From Gemmatimonadales bacterium (GTDB lineage: Bacteria; Gemmatimonadota; Gemmatimonadetes; Gemmatimonadales; GWC2-71-9), in contig DASYAK010000055.1 of the NCBI GenBank assembly GCA_036501385.1, positions 6,032-70,031 on the forward strand: a stretch of 64,000 nt of DNA, in the 5' to 3' direction. Below, in pieces: positions 49,637 to 58,580 of the stretch. The position numbers and the translations under genes are program-made. The stretch's first letter is position 1, and each line of letters starts with the position of its first letter. The notes beneath the pieces are model-generated. The model made no database searches. It worked only from the letters and a program-made list of their open reading frames with translations, and was not told the DNA's origin.

Positions 49637-50638
49637 TCAATGAAGGGCGTCCAGTACCGCGATTCCGAGCCGACAGACATCCCAGTGCTTGAGACCGGCG
49701 AGAATCAAATCGTCCGCGCGGGAAAATGCTGCGTCGGACGCCTGATTGGATCCGCTTGCCGGTCGCTCGCTGGTCTGACCCACGATCATCACCGCTTCTT
49801 CCGTTGGATCAATGATCAGCAGATAACAGGTCACCGATGCGGCGGCAGATCCGCCGACGATGTAGCGCGAGAGACAGTGAGAAATTCCGAATTCGTGGAA
49901 GGTAAACTCGCTCGTCGCGATGAATTCACCGCGCTGATGCGGAAAACCCGGTGCCTGGAGGTCGGTCAGCGTGCGATAGACCGCCTCAGTCGCGGCGCGG
50001 TCACGGAAGATCCTGAACTCGACCTGATCGTCGGGTTTTCCGTCCTCGCTCACGACCGCACGCACTGCGCCGATCTCGCCGTTCCGCCGAAACTCATTGT
50101 CAAGCGATACCGTCGTGAACGGCGACACGGTGACCGCACCGGTGAAGGCGCTCGCGTCCATCGAATGGGTTCGCAGGTACGCGTAGATCCCCGATGGCTC
50201 GAAGATCGCCGGCTTCCCCCTCGGCGCTGGTTCAGTGTCCGGCGATGGCGGCGGCGGTGCAACGGCGGGCGCCGGCGGCGGAGCGTTTACACCCAACCGC
50301 ACCCGATGCCATGAGCCGGTGCCGAGTTTGCCGGTCGCGTTCAGCGTGTCGTCGTGCGGGGCGAGGTAGGTTCCGGTGTCGGCCCACGCGATCGTGGTCG
50401 ATTCGAGGGTGTAGCTCCCGTTGCGCGCCGCGAAAACACCGCTGTGTGGAGGGACACTTCCGGGCCCTTCGGCATGAAATGCGTAGGTCCCGTTGCCACG
50501 GATCTCCCAGACCCAGCGCGCCACGCCGTCTGCATTCGGCACCATCAATTCCCAGGTGCCGACGAGCTGCGGATCGACCTTGGATGTCAGGCCGGAGCAT
50601 GCCGCAACCAGTGCCGACAGCGCAAGCGCGTATCGCAT
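49637..50638 (-). CDS. Hypothetical two-domain lipoprotein
   Basis: MRYALALSALVAACSG is a lipobox-like signal. A Pro-rich linker PPPAPAVAPPPPSP separates two domains. I recognise no family. The ATG at 50638 was verified. Confidence 0.6.
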   Translation of the reverse strand: MRYALALSALVAACSGLTSKVDPQLVGTWELMVPNADGVARWVWEIRGNGTYAFHAEGPGSVPPHSGVFAARNGSYTLESTTIAWADTGTYLAPHDDTLNATGKLGTGSWHRVRLGVNAPPPAPAVAPPPPSPDTEPAPRGKPAIFEPSGIYAYLRTHSMDASAFTGAVTVSPFTTVSLDNEFRRNGEIGAVRAVVSEDGKPDDQVEFRIFRDRAATEAVYRTLTDLQAPGFPHQRGEFIATSEFTFHEFGISHCLSRYIVGGSAAASVTCYLLIIDPTEEAVMIVGQTSERPASGSNQASDAAFSRADDLILAGLKHWDVCRLGIAVLDALH

Positions 50639-50800
50639 GGAGGCCCGTCCGCTGGGAGATGGTAATCGCCGGAGTCTCGCGAATATACCGTCCCGGAGAG
50701 GGCGACGGAGAGGTCCGAAGCGCGACCTGGGCGCGCTAGCGGTAGCGACATCGATTGGTTTAGGACTCAACTCGGGGACCCAGGCCCAGTCCCTCCGTCG

Positions 50801-51802
50801 CTAGTGGGGGAGTCGCCACGCGACGACTGCAGGTCTATCGGCCCCCCGGACACCGACCAGGAGGCCATGACCAACCGCTATGCCACTCACTGTGATAGGC
50901 AGCACGATGCGCTGAATCAGCCTCTGATTCGCGAGGTCGTACACTTCAACGTTGTCAGTGTCCAGTCCCTTGCCATCCTTCTTGATAAGTACGTAAAGTC
51001 GACCGCCGAAAATTGTCCCTCCCGGGACTGGGAGGTAGGGTTTCGCGAAGCTGACCGTGATGGTATCCCCGTTGTGTTCGACAATAGTCTGGGCGACGTG
51101 ACCATCTCCAATCGGAAACATTCGTACGCTTGCGTTCGAGTCGGCGCCAACCAGAAGGATCTGTTCGATTCCAGGGAATATGCATACGAGCTGCAAAAGT
51201 GGTCCTATTGACGCGGAATGCACCCATGAAGGGGCTATCAGTCTTGGTAACGTATCGATTCCGGGGAACGGTACGCCACGAGCGCTGAGCAGGTGCCCTG
51301 CCTCGTCGAGTTTCGCAATTACCGAGTGGTCACCAAGCGAGGTGGCGAAGATACTGCCGATCGTATCTGCTGTGGCCGAGAATAGGATGGGCACGTCGTG
51401 GCCGAACAATGTCGGTGGACTGAGTTCTCCAACCTCATTCACGTGGTTTAGCTTCCGATTGGCCCCGTCAACAATCAATAGGGAGCCGTGCTGGCGTGGC
51501 ACAAGACCGATAATCGAAATGAACTCAAGTGGCCCACCGCCTCGCTTGCCGACTCGCCATCGCATGCGACCGAGTGTGTCGATTGCAATTACCGATCCCG
51601 CTCTGGCATCGACGAACGCGAATCCCCACTCGGTCGCCGTTGGCGCCGATGCGGTCCAATCCGAGGTGTCGGCAGCATCTGTTGATACGGTGAACACGGG
51701 AATTAGCCTCGACGGATCGATTCTCTCCGCGGTACGCTGCGCGGAAACCTGGGAAACGCAGACCAGCGCCAAGAGCGATATTCGACGAACGATGCGTGTC
51801 AC
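50801..51802 (-). CDS. Hypothetical secreted protein, possibly a beta-propeller fold, in a low-G+C patch
   Basis: GTG at 51802. Signal peptide RRISLLALVCVSQVSAQ. The composition is beta-strand-rich. Confidence 0.6.
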   Translation of the reverse strand: MTRIVRRISLLALVCVSQVSAQRTAERIDPSRLIPVFTVSTDAADTSDWTASAPTATEWGFAFVDARAGSVIAIDTLGRMRWRVGKRGGGPLEFISIIGLVPRQHGSLLIVDGANRKLNHVNEVGELSPPTLFGHDVPILFSATADTIGSIFATSLGDHSVIAKLDEAGHLLSARGVPFPGIDTLPRLIAPSWVHSASIGPLLQLVCIFPGIEQILLVGADSNASVRMFPIGDGHVAQTIVEHNGDTITVSFAKPYLPVPGGTIFGGRLYVLIKKDGKGLDTDNVEVYDLANQRLIQRIVLPITVSGIAVGHGLLVGVRGADRPAVVAWRLPH

Positions 51803-51904
51803 GCGATCTCCGGTGGTGGACCGACGCTTCCCTGTGGAAACAATACCGACCGCGCCCGCAACCGCGAAGTAAGACTCCCCCGCCGCATGCCGTTCACACC
51901 GGGA

Positions 51905-53398
51905 TCACCGCTTCCGATACGCCGCCATCGCTGCCGGACTCGCTTCCAGTCTCGGGATGACGTTGTCGGTCTTGGCACCCGCTTCGATCAGCGCGGTGAC
52001 CACCGCACCGTAGTCGCCCGTCTTCGCGTGCCATCCGTGCAATGACCCATGCAGCGCCCAGCCCAGCGGGGGTCCGTTGTGCGCCCTGTCGCGGAGATCG
52101 AGCGGCGGGTTGAATTTCAGGATCTCCCGCATCATCTCCGCGTTGCCGTGCCACGCCGCCCAGTGCAATGCCGTGCCGCCGTGCGGCCCCTGCGCGTCGA
52201 CCGGCCATCCTGCCTTGAGCATCAATCGCACGGCATTGGTGTTGTTGTTGACCGCGGCAAGAACGAGTTGATGCACCAGTCCCGGTGCCAGCGGCGCTCC
52301 CTTCTCCCGCTGCGCAAGAAACGCCTCGAAGAGCGATTCAACGCCGAGAAGGCAGGCTTGCGCCAGCTTGACGTCGTTGGGGCTTCGCTCCATCAGGAGG
52401 CGGAACACCATCGGATGCCCGAACTCCTGCGCCACCATCTGCGGCGACTTCCCCTGTCCCAGCGTCCAGATGTAGATGATCCCGCCGGCGCGCGGGTTCT
52501 GCATCGGAAAGTCGCGCGCGCTGATCGTCATCTCGACGGCGTGCGGATCGCGATCGACGATCTCGCGGATTCGCTCGAGATCGCCGAGGGCCGCGGTGAG
52601 GAAGATGTCGACATCGGATCCGGCGTCGACGAGATAGCGCGCAACATCCGGGCGCTCCCGCACGGCATACTGCGCCGGGGTCGACTCGTGATCGACATCG
52701 CGGGCGTTGACGTCGGCGCCGTGCTCGACCAGCAAGCGCGCCGTGGCGACGTCCTTCGCCCAGTGGAGTGGCGTCTTCCCATCGCCGCTGCGCTGATGCA
52801 CGGCCCCGGGATCGGCCACGACGATGTCGGCGAGGCGGTCGACCATCCCGAACCTCGCCGCCGCCACCGCATCGATCGCTGCGCCACGCTCGACGAGGAA
52901 CGGCACCAGATCCTCGCTGGCAGTTTCGAGGACCGAGAATCCGCCGGCCCACCAGTCACTCTTCACGGCGAGATCGGCGCCCGCGGCGAGAAGCGTGTCG
53001 ATCATGGCGCGATTGCCCCGTTGCACCGCACCGATCAACGGAGTGGCGCCGAAGCCGAGTTCATCGGTCCCGCGATTGATTGTCGCCTCGAGGTCAGGAT
53101 GAGCGCGAAGGAGGTGCGCAACCTTCGCCTCGTCGTTCACCCTGACGGCGCCAATCAGCGCCTCAACGGGGGTGGCCGCGAGAGACGCGACGTGCGCCTT
53201 GAGCGCAGGCCACGTCTTGAAACCGTACTCGCAGGCAATGACATGCTGGGCATCGGCGAGCTTGGGACTTGCGTCAAGGCCCGCCGCCCGGAAGCGTTCG
53301 GCGGCATCGGATTCGCCTGCACGTTGCGCTTGCAGCAACGCCTTGGCCTGATTTTTCAGGTGATCGAGATCGGGATGTTCCGGCAGGACGCGAGACAT
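51905..53398 (-). CDS. Ankyrin repeat domain-containing protein
   Basis: Repeated GxTPLHWA/A..G....V..LL..GAD units (GKTPLHWAKDVATARLLVEHGADVNARD, GGTALHWAAWHGNAEMMREIL). The ATG at 53398 was verified. Confidence 0.85.
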   Translation of the reverse strand: MSRVLPEHPDLDHLKNQAKALLQAQRAGESDAAERFRAAGLDASPKLADAQHVIACEYGFKTWPALKAHVASLAATPVEALIGAVRVNDEAKVAHLLRAHPDLEATINRGTDELGFGATPLIGAVQRGNRAMIDTLLAAGADLAVKSDWWAGGFSVLETASEDLVPFLVERGAAIDAVAAARFGMVDRLADIVVADPGAVHQRSGDGKTPLHWAKDVATARLLVEHGADVNARDVDHESTPAQYAVRERPDVARYLVDAGSDVDIFLTAALGDLERIREIVDRDPHAVEMTISARDFPMQNPRAGGIIYIWTLGQGKSPQMVAQEFGHPMVFRLLMERSPNDVKLAQACLLGVESLFEAFLAQREKGAPLAPGLVHQLVLAAVNNNTNAVRLMLKAGWPVDAQGPHGGTALHWAAWHGNAEMMREILKFNPPLDLRDRAHNGPPLGWALHGSLHGWHAKTGDYGAVVTALIEAGAKTDNVIPRLEASPAAMAAYRKR

Positions 53399-53675
53399 GA
53401 CTCCCCCTTCGTGGTCGCCCGGCGTCCGCTGCAAAGGGCTGAAGAGAGGTCGATGTGTGTTGCGGTCGAGCCCAGGTGGGATGATCCCTGCCCGCGGACG
53501 GGGTGGCGCCCTGAAGCGCGCGGGGAGGAGTCTAGCAAGGCTGGTCGACACGACACAAGGCTGGCGCCTTCGCGCCCGCGCGATCATCATATTTCCGTCC
53601 CGTGCAACACTCAGGACCGCGGACGTCGCCCCGCCGTCGGCACCCTGGCATCGATCCCTCACCGTGGAGTAGCCT

Positions 53676-54305
53676 GTGAAGCATTCGATCCGCATCGCGC
53701 TCGCCGCCCCATTCCTCAGCGCCACCATCGCTGCGACCGCGTTCGCGCAGCAACCCGCACCGGTCGCGACGGAAGTGGGTGCGTCGCAGCTCGCGATGGT
53801 CGAGCTTGCGTCGCCGGGGATGCACAAGCTCTCCGTCACGTCACCGGCGTTCAAGTCGATGAGTGATATCCCGATGGCGAACACGCAGTACGCCGGCAAT
53901 GTCTTTCCGGGACTGGAATGGACCGCCGGCCCCGCGACCACGAAGTCGTACGCCATCATCATGCAGGACGCCGACGCGATGCGCGGTGGTGCCCCGATCC
54001 TCCACTGGACGATGGTCAATGTTCCCGCCACGACGCGCAAGCTCGACGCCGGAATGACCACGGCGCCCGACGGGTCGCAGTTCGGTCCCAACATGCGCGG
54101 AACCAGCCAGCCGTACACCGGCCCCCGCACGCCCGCGGGCCCCAAGCATCGCTATCACCTCCAGCTCTTCGCCCTCGACGAAACGCTCCCGGCGGACGCC
54201 ACCGCGAGCTACGCGGCACTCACCGCCGCGATGAAGGGACACGTCGTCGCCAGCGGACAGCTGGTGGGGCTGGGTCAGGCACCGGTGACCACCACCGGGC
54301 ATTGA
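53676..54305 (+). CDS. YbhB/YbcL (PEBP, Raf-kinase-inhibitor-like) family protein, secreted
   Basis: Signal peptide. LHWTMVNVPA...GPRTPAGPKHRYHLQLFALD is a PEBP signature. GTG at 53676, preceded by GGAG. Confidence 0.85.
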   Translation: MKHSIRIALAAPFLSATIAATAFAQQPAPVATEVGASQLAMVELASPGMHKLSVTSPAFKSMSDIPMANTQYAGNVFPGLEWTAGPATTKSYAIIMQDADAMRGGAPILHWTMVNVPATTRKLDAGMTTAPDGSQFGPNMRGTSQPYTGPRTPAGPKHRYHLQLFALDETLPADATASYAALTAAMKGHVVASGQLVGLGQAPVTTTGH

Positions 54306-54320
54306 CTGTGGGCAACCCGG

Positions 54321-54377
54321 TGACTTGTCGACTGCCGACACCGTCTTGTTGACAGTCGACAAGTCATCGGATATCAT
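54321..54377 (+). promoter_or_regulatory. Near-consensus sigma70-type promoter (TTGACA-17-TATCAT) interlocked with a perfect 14-bp inverted repeat, a candidate PadR operator
   Basis: TGACTTGTCGACTG at 54321-54334 and CAGTCGACAAGTCA at 54353-54366. -35 at 54349-54354 and -10 at 54372-54377. AGGAG at 54388-54392 and ATG at 54399. Confidence 0.5.
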
Positions 54378-54398
54378 GCGGTCAACCAGGAGCTTCCC

Positions 54399-54743
54399 AT
54401 GGCCGCGTCGTCCGATCTCCTCCAGGGCACCCTCGACCTGCTGATACTCAAGATCGTCTCGCTTGGGCCGCTCCATGGCTGGGCGATTTCCCAGCGGATC
54501 AACGACACTTCTCGCCAGCTCTTGCAGGTCAACCAGGGGTCGCTCTACCCCGCCCTGCACCGCCTCGAAGGCGACGGATTTCTCACAGCGAAATGGGGGA
54601 TGTCGGAGACTGCGCGCCGGGTCCGCTTCTATTCGCTGACCCGCGCCGGCCGCGCCCGTCTGGCGCGCGAAACGCGCAATTGGCGCGACTATTCCAACGC
54701 CGTCGACCTGATCCTCGATTCGCGCGCGCAGGAGCCTGCATGA
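54399..54743 (+). CDS. PadR family transcriptional regulator
   Basis: LLQGTLDLLILKIVSLGPLHGWAISQRI...GSLYPALHRLEGDGFLTAKWG. Confidence 0.9.
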   Translation: MAASSDLLQGTLDLLILKIVSLGPLHGWAISQRINDTSRQLLQVNQGSLYPALHRLEGDGFLTAKWGMSETARRVRFYSLTRAGRARLARETRNWRDYSNAVDLILDSRAQEPA

Positions 54744-57448
54744 CGTTCCGCGCCCTCTTCCGCGCCCTCCGCCTCCTCGCCACCCCGGGTGCGGCCGAGC
54801 ATGACATCGACGACGAAATCGAAGGCCACATCTCGCTGCAGACGGCGCGGCATGTCGCCGCAGGGATGGATCCCGAGACAGCGCGCGTCGCCGCCGAAAC
54901 CGAATTCGGTCCCACTGCGGCCACGAAGCAGGCGGTCCTCGGCGTGCACGCCAATCCCGGCGCCGGTTGGCCCGAGATCTTCGCCGGCGATCTTCGCTTT
55001 GCGCTGCGCTCGCTGCGGCGTCACCGCGTCTTCAGCAGTGTCACGGTCACCGTCCTCGCGCTCGGCATCGCGGCAGCGACGCTGATGTTCTCGGTGGTGT
55101 CTGGGGTGATTCTCCGGCCGCTGCCGTACCGCAATCCCGATCAACTGGTGATGGTGTGGGCGGATTTCCTCGACCCCTCGGTCGCCGGGATCCCCGAACC
55201 GATGAATGGACTGCAGGTCATCGGGATTCAGCAACACGGGCGAATCTTCGAGAATGTTTCCGGCGTCGTCTCGCGGCAGATGAACCTGCAGACCGACAAC
55301 GCGCCCGAGCGGATCGACGGCGCCGGTGTCGACGACAACTTCTTCCGCACGATGGGCGTCACGCCGGCGCTCGGCCGCGGATTCCGTACCGGCGAAGAGC
55401 TCGCGGGTGCGGACCACGAAGTCGTCCTGGGATGGAATCTCTGGCAGCGCCGCTTCGGCGGCGACCGCGGCGTCATCGGGCGCAGCATCCTGCTCAACAA
55501 CGAGCCGTACACGGTGATCGGCGTCGCACCGCAGCACTTCGACTTCCCCGAAGGGGCGGGGATGCCGTCGACGGTCCCGGTCGCCGCCACGGCCGAGCTC
55601 TGGGTTCCGCTCAAGCCGCCACTCAACGGCCCGTCGGAGCACCTCGTGGTGGCGCGGGTCAAGCCCGGGACGACGCTCGCTGCGGCGCAGACCGATCTCA
55701 ATGACGTGGCCCATGTTCTCGACCAGCAGATTCCCGGCGCCAAGGGATTCTTCCAGATGCACGCCGTCCCGCTGCACACGCAACTCGTCGGCGACGTGGA
55801 GGGAATGCTCTTCATCCTGCTCGGCGCTGTCGGTGTGCTGCTCACGATCGCATGCGCCAACGCCGCCCAGCTCTTCCTGGCGCGGTTGCAGGGACGACGG
55901 GGCGAACTCGCGATACGCGCGGCGCTCGGCGGATCATCCGCGCGCATTGCGCGGATCCTTCTCCTCGAAGCGCTGACGCTCACGGGAATCGCAGGTCTCG
56001 TCGGCGCATTGCTCGGGTCGATCGCAGTCGCCCTGCTTCGTCACGCGGGGTCGGAGCGGATGCCAAGAGTGAGCGACATCGCGTTCGATGGGCGAGTGGT
56101 CGGCGCGGCAGTCGCGATCACCGTCGTTGCCGGATTGCTCTTCGGTGTCGTTCCCGCATTCCGCGCCGGACGGATGCGACTCGCCGACATGCTACGGCGA
56201 CGCGGGCGCGGCGGTGATTTCGGATCGCCGCGGACGCGCAGGATGCTGATCGTCGCGGAGATCGCACTCTCCGTCATGCTGGTGACCGGATCCGGATTGC
56301 TGATCCGTTCGCTGGCGCGCCAGCTTGGTGGCGACCTGGGATTCACCGCACCCCACGGGCTCACCTTCGAGGTGTCGCTTCCCGCGCTCCCGTATCCCGA
56401 GACGCAGGGCGCGACGTTCATGGAGCATCCGCAGAGCGTCGAGTTCTTCCGGCAGGCGCTCGAGCGAATTCGTGCGATCCCCGGGGTCAAGGCCGCGGCG
56501 ATCGGCAAGCCCCTGCCGATGAGCGGATCGGAAGAAGGGACGGTCTTCGTTCCGGAAAACAGCGATCCGCGCCTCACCGCGGACGGCCGCGCGCCGATCA
56601 TGGACTACACCGTCGCAAGTCCAGGGATGTTCACCGCCCTCGGGACAGCGCTGCTGAGCGGCCGGGACTTCGACAACACCGACCAGCACGATTCGCCGCC
56701 GGTGGTGATCCTCAATGCTGCGGCGGCGCACTGGCTCTGGCCAGGCCAGAATGCCGTGGGACATCGACTTCGCCTCGGCTCGGCGCGGACGGTGGCGCCG
56801 TGGATGACCGTGGTGGGCGTCGCCGCCGACTTGCATCGGTATTCGCTCACCAGGAATCCATCGCCCGAAATGTTCGTGCCGTACACGCAGCGCCCGTATC
56901 CCACCTTCGCGCCGATGCAGTTCGTGGTGCGCAGCAGCGTGGCACCGGCGCTGCTTGCCGCCCCGATCCAGCGGGCAATCTCCGCGGTCGATCCCACGAT
57001 CCCGGTGGCGCAGCTGCGCACCATCGACCAGCTGGTGAGCGACGTCAGCGCCAATGCCCGCTTCGCCACGATCACCATGAGCGTCTTTGGTGTCGCGGCG
57101 CTGCTGCTGGCAATGATCGGGCTGTACGGAGTGATCGCCTATGCCGTCAACCAGCGGCGCCAGGAATTCGGCTTGCGCACGGCACTGGGCGCCTCGCGCG
57201 GCGACATCATCCGGCTCGTCCTGGTCGACGGGCTCACGCTCACAGTGATCGGGCTTAGCATCGGGGCCGTGCTGTCGGTGGCTGGCGGCCGGGTGCTTCG
57301 GTCGATGCTCTACCATGTGTCGGTGTTCGACCCGGTGACGGCTGGGGTGACGGTCCTGGTGCTGGCGGGTGCGGCGCTATTGGCGTGCGTGATTCCTGCA
57401 ATCCGGGCCGCGGCGATCGATCCGAGGGTGGCGCTCGAGGAGGGTTAA
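54740..57448 (+). CDS. ADOP-type duplicated FtsX permease with an N-terminal prefix domain
   Basis: The ATG at 54740 overlaps the PadR stop (ATGA). The prefix reads DIDDEIEGHISLQTARHVAAGMDPETARVAAETEFG. The protein ends PAIRAAAIDPRVALEEG. Confidence 0.9.
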   Translation: MTFRALFRALRLLATPGAAEHDIDDEIEGHISLQTARHVAAGMDPETARVAAETEFGPTAATKQAVLGVHANPGAGWPEIFAGDLRFALRSLRRHRVFSSVTVTVLALGIAAATLMFSVVSGVILRPLPYRNPDQLVMVWADFLDPSVAGIPEPMNGLQVIGIQQHGRIFENVSGVVSRQMNLQTDNAPERIDGAGVDDNFFRTMGVTPALGRGFRTGEELAGADHEVVLGWNLWQRRFGGDRGVIGRSILLNNEPYTVIGVAPQHFDFPEGAGMPSTVPVAATAELWVPLKPPLNGPSEHLVVARVKPGTTLAAAQTDLNDVAHVLDQQIPGAKGFFQMHAVPLHTQLVGDVEGMLFILLGAVGVLLTIACANAAQLFLARLQGRRGELAIRAALGGSSARIARILLLEALTLTGIAGLVGALLGSIAVALLRHAGSERMPRVSDIAFDGRVVGAAVAITVVAGLLFGVVPAFRAGRMRLADMLRRRGRGGDFGSPRTRRMLIVAEIALSVMLVTGSGLLIRSLARQLGGDLGFTAPHGLTFEVSLPALPYPETQGATFMEHPQSVEFFRQALERIRAIPGVKAAAIGKPLPMSGSEEGTVFVPENSDPRLTADGRAPIMDYTVASPGMFTALGTALLSGRDFDNTDQHDSPPVVILNAAAAHWLWPGQNAVGHRLRLGSARTVAPWMTVVGVAADLHRYSLTRNPSPEMFVPYTQRPYPTFAPMQFVVRSSVAPALLAAPIQRAISAVDPTIPVAQLRTIDQLVSDVSANARFATITMSVFGVAALLLAMIGLYGVIAYAVNQRRQEFGLRTALGASRGDIIRLVLVDGLTLTVIGLSIGAVLSVAGGRVLRSMLYHVSVFDPVTAGVTVLVLAGAALLACVIPAIRAAAIDPRVALEEG

Positions 57449-57537
57449 CGACCTCGCCCAGTTCCGGCCGAGCCGACGATTTTTCCAGCTGCTTCCGCAG
57501 GCATGCCGTCTTGATCAGCCGCCTCCCCGCGCCTTTC

Positions 57538-57577
57538 AGAAACGAAACGGCGCGCCTCCCGCGATGGGAAGCGCGCC
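57538..57577 (-). terminator. Intrinsic-terminator-like hairpin after the first PEP-CTERM gene
   Basis: GGCGCGCCTCCC / loop GCGAT / GGGAAGCGCGCC, with 1 mismatch. On the minus strand it is followed by GTTTCGTTTCT. Confidence 0.55.
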
Positions 57578-57605
57578 AATCGATCCAGCGCCCATTCCGA
57601 ATGGC

Positions 57606-58322
57606 TTACTTGCGACGGCGGTGCTTGGCTGCGCCGGCGAGACCTACGAGGCCGGTCGCGAGGAGCCCCATCGTCGACGGCTCGGGAACCGCGCTGCCCG
57701 CGGGGGAGCCGAGCACGCCGTATGCGTAATCGTCGGGTCCACCAGTTTGATCTGAGCCAGGCCCAAAGTCCACGCCAAAATATGAGCTGTTGAAGAACGC
57801 CATGCCATCCAGATCGGAATTAACGCCGCTGGCCCCGCTGGTCGATTCAACGAACGCCTGTCCGGATCCGACGCCGGTGCCAATGAGCGAGATCCCCATC
57901 CAGTAGGTCCCGGGGGCGAGGAAGAAGGACAATCCGCCGACATCGGCCAAGTACTCAGTGTGTCCGATGGGTTCGTTACCGGTGGCCGTCAACGTCACGC
58001 CCGACGTTCCCGACTCAAGCAGGGTCCCACCATTGCCAGTGGAGAGCCCGGTCCGGATTTCCCATTGCGCGTCGGTCGCAGCGAAGTCACTGCCGAAGTA
58101 GCCGAACAGATCGGTGACGTTCCACCCGGATCCGGTGATCACGAAGTCGTCGTACGTCATGGACTGGGTGACGTCGCTGTTGAATTCGCTCGACAGCCCG
58201 ATGCCGCCGTTGGTAGCAAGCCCATTGAAGAACTGGGTCTGGGCTGAAGCCGGCACGGCACTAAGTGCTGCCAGCAACGAGACACCCGCGAGCGAGCGAA
58301 CCAGCAAAGTGGGGATCTTCAC
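57606..58322 (-). CDS. PEP-CTERM sorting domain-containing secreted protein
   Basis: The C-terminus is VPEPSTMGLLATGLVGLAGAAKHRRRK. Signal peptide. GTG at 58322, preceded by GGAG. Confidence 0.8.
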   Translation of the reverse strand: MKIPTLLVRSLAGVSLLAALSAVPASAQTQFFNGLATNGGIGLSSEFNSDVTQSMTYDDFVITGSGWNVTDLFGYFGSDFAATDAQWEIRTGLSTGNGGTLLESGTSGVTLTATGNEPIGHTEYLADVGGLSFFLAPGTYWMGISLIGTGVGSGQAFVESTSGASGVNSDLDGMAFFNSSYFGVDFGPGSDQTGGPDDYAYGVLGSPAGSAVPEPSTMGLLATGLVGLAGAAKHRRRK

Positions 58323-58500
58323 GTTATCTCCAGAGCGAAAGCAGGTGGAGTGAATCGGTCGGTTAAGATCGGCCGTTGTCGACCTCGATCGACAGTGCGT
58401 TGAGGCAGCGCCACAGCACAATCGCCGGCCTCGAAAACCCAGGCATTTGCGGATCAATGACTTGACAATGACAACCGGTCGGTGCGCCAAGGAATTGTGC

Positions 58501-58541
58501 AATAACCAAACCAGCGCGCCCCCGGCGATCGGGAGCGCGCT
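58501..58541 (-). terminator. Intrinsic-terminator-like hairpin after the second PEP-CTERM gene, a paralog of the 57538-57577 hairpin
   Basis: AGCGCGCCCCCG / loop GCGAT / CGGGAGCGCGCT, with 1 mismatch. On the minus strand it is followed by GGTTTGGTTATT. Confidence 0.55.
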
Positions 58542-58580
58542 GATCAATTGACTGCAGAACGAACGGAGCGGCGGGCGACG

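Noticed and set aside
53399-54145. A 249-codon N-terminal extension of the ankyrin ORF (51905-54145).
   Set aside because: It runs antisense through the PEBP gene and the intergenic region. The ankyrin homology and a sensible N-terminus start at the ATG at 53398.
54321-54366. The 14-bp inverted repeat interpreted purely as a rho-independent terminator of the PEBP gene.
   Set aside because: The loop would be 18 nt and no U-tract follows. The overlap with a near-consensus promoter makes an operator role more attractive. The terminator reading is not fully excluded.
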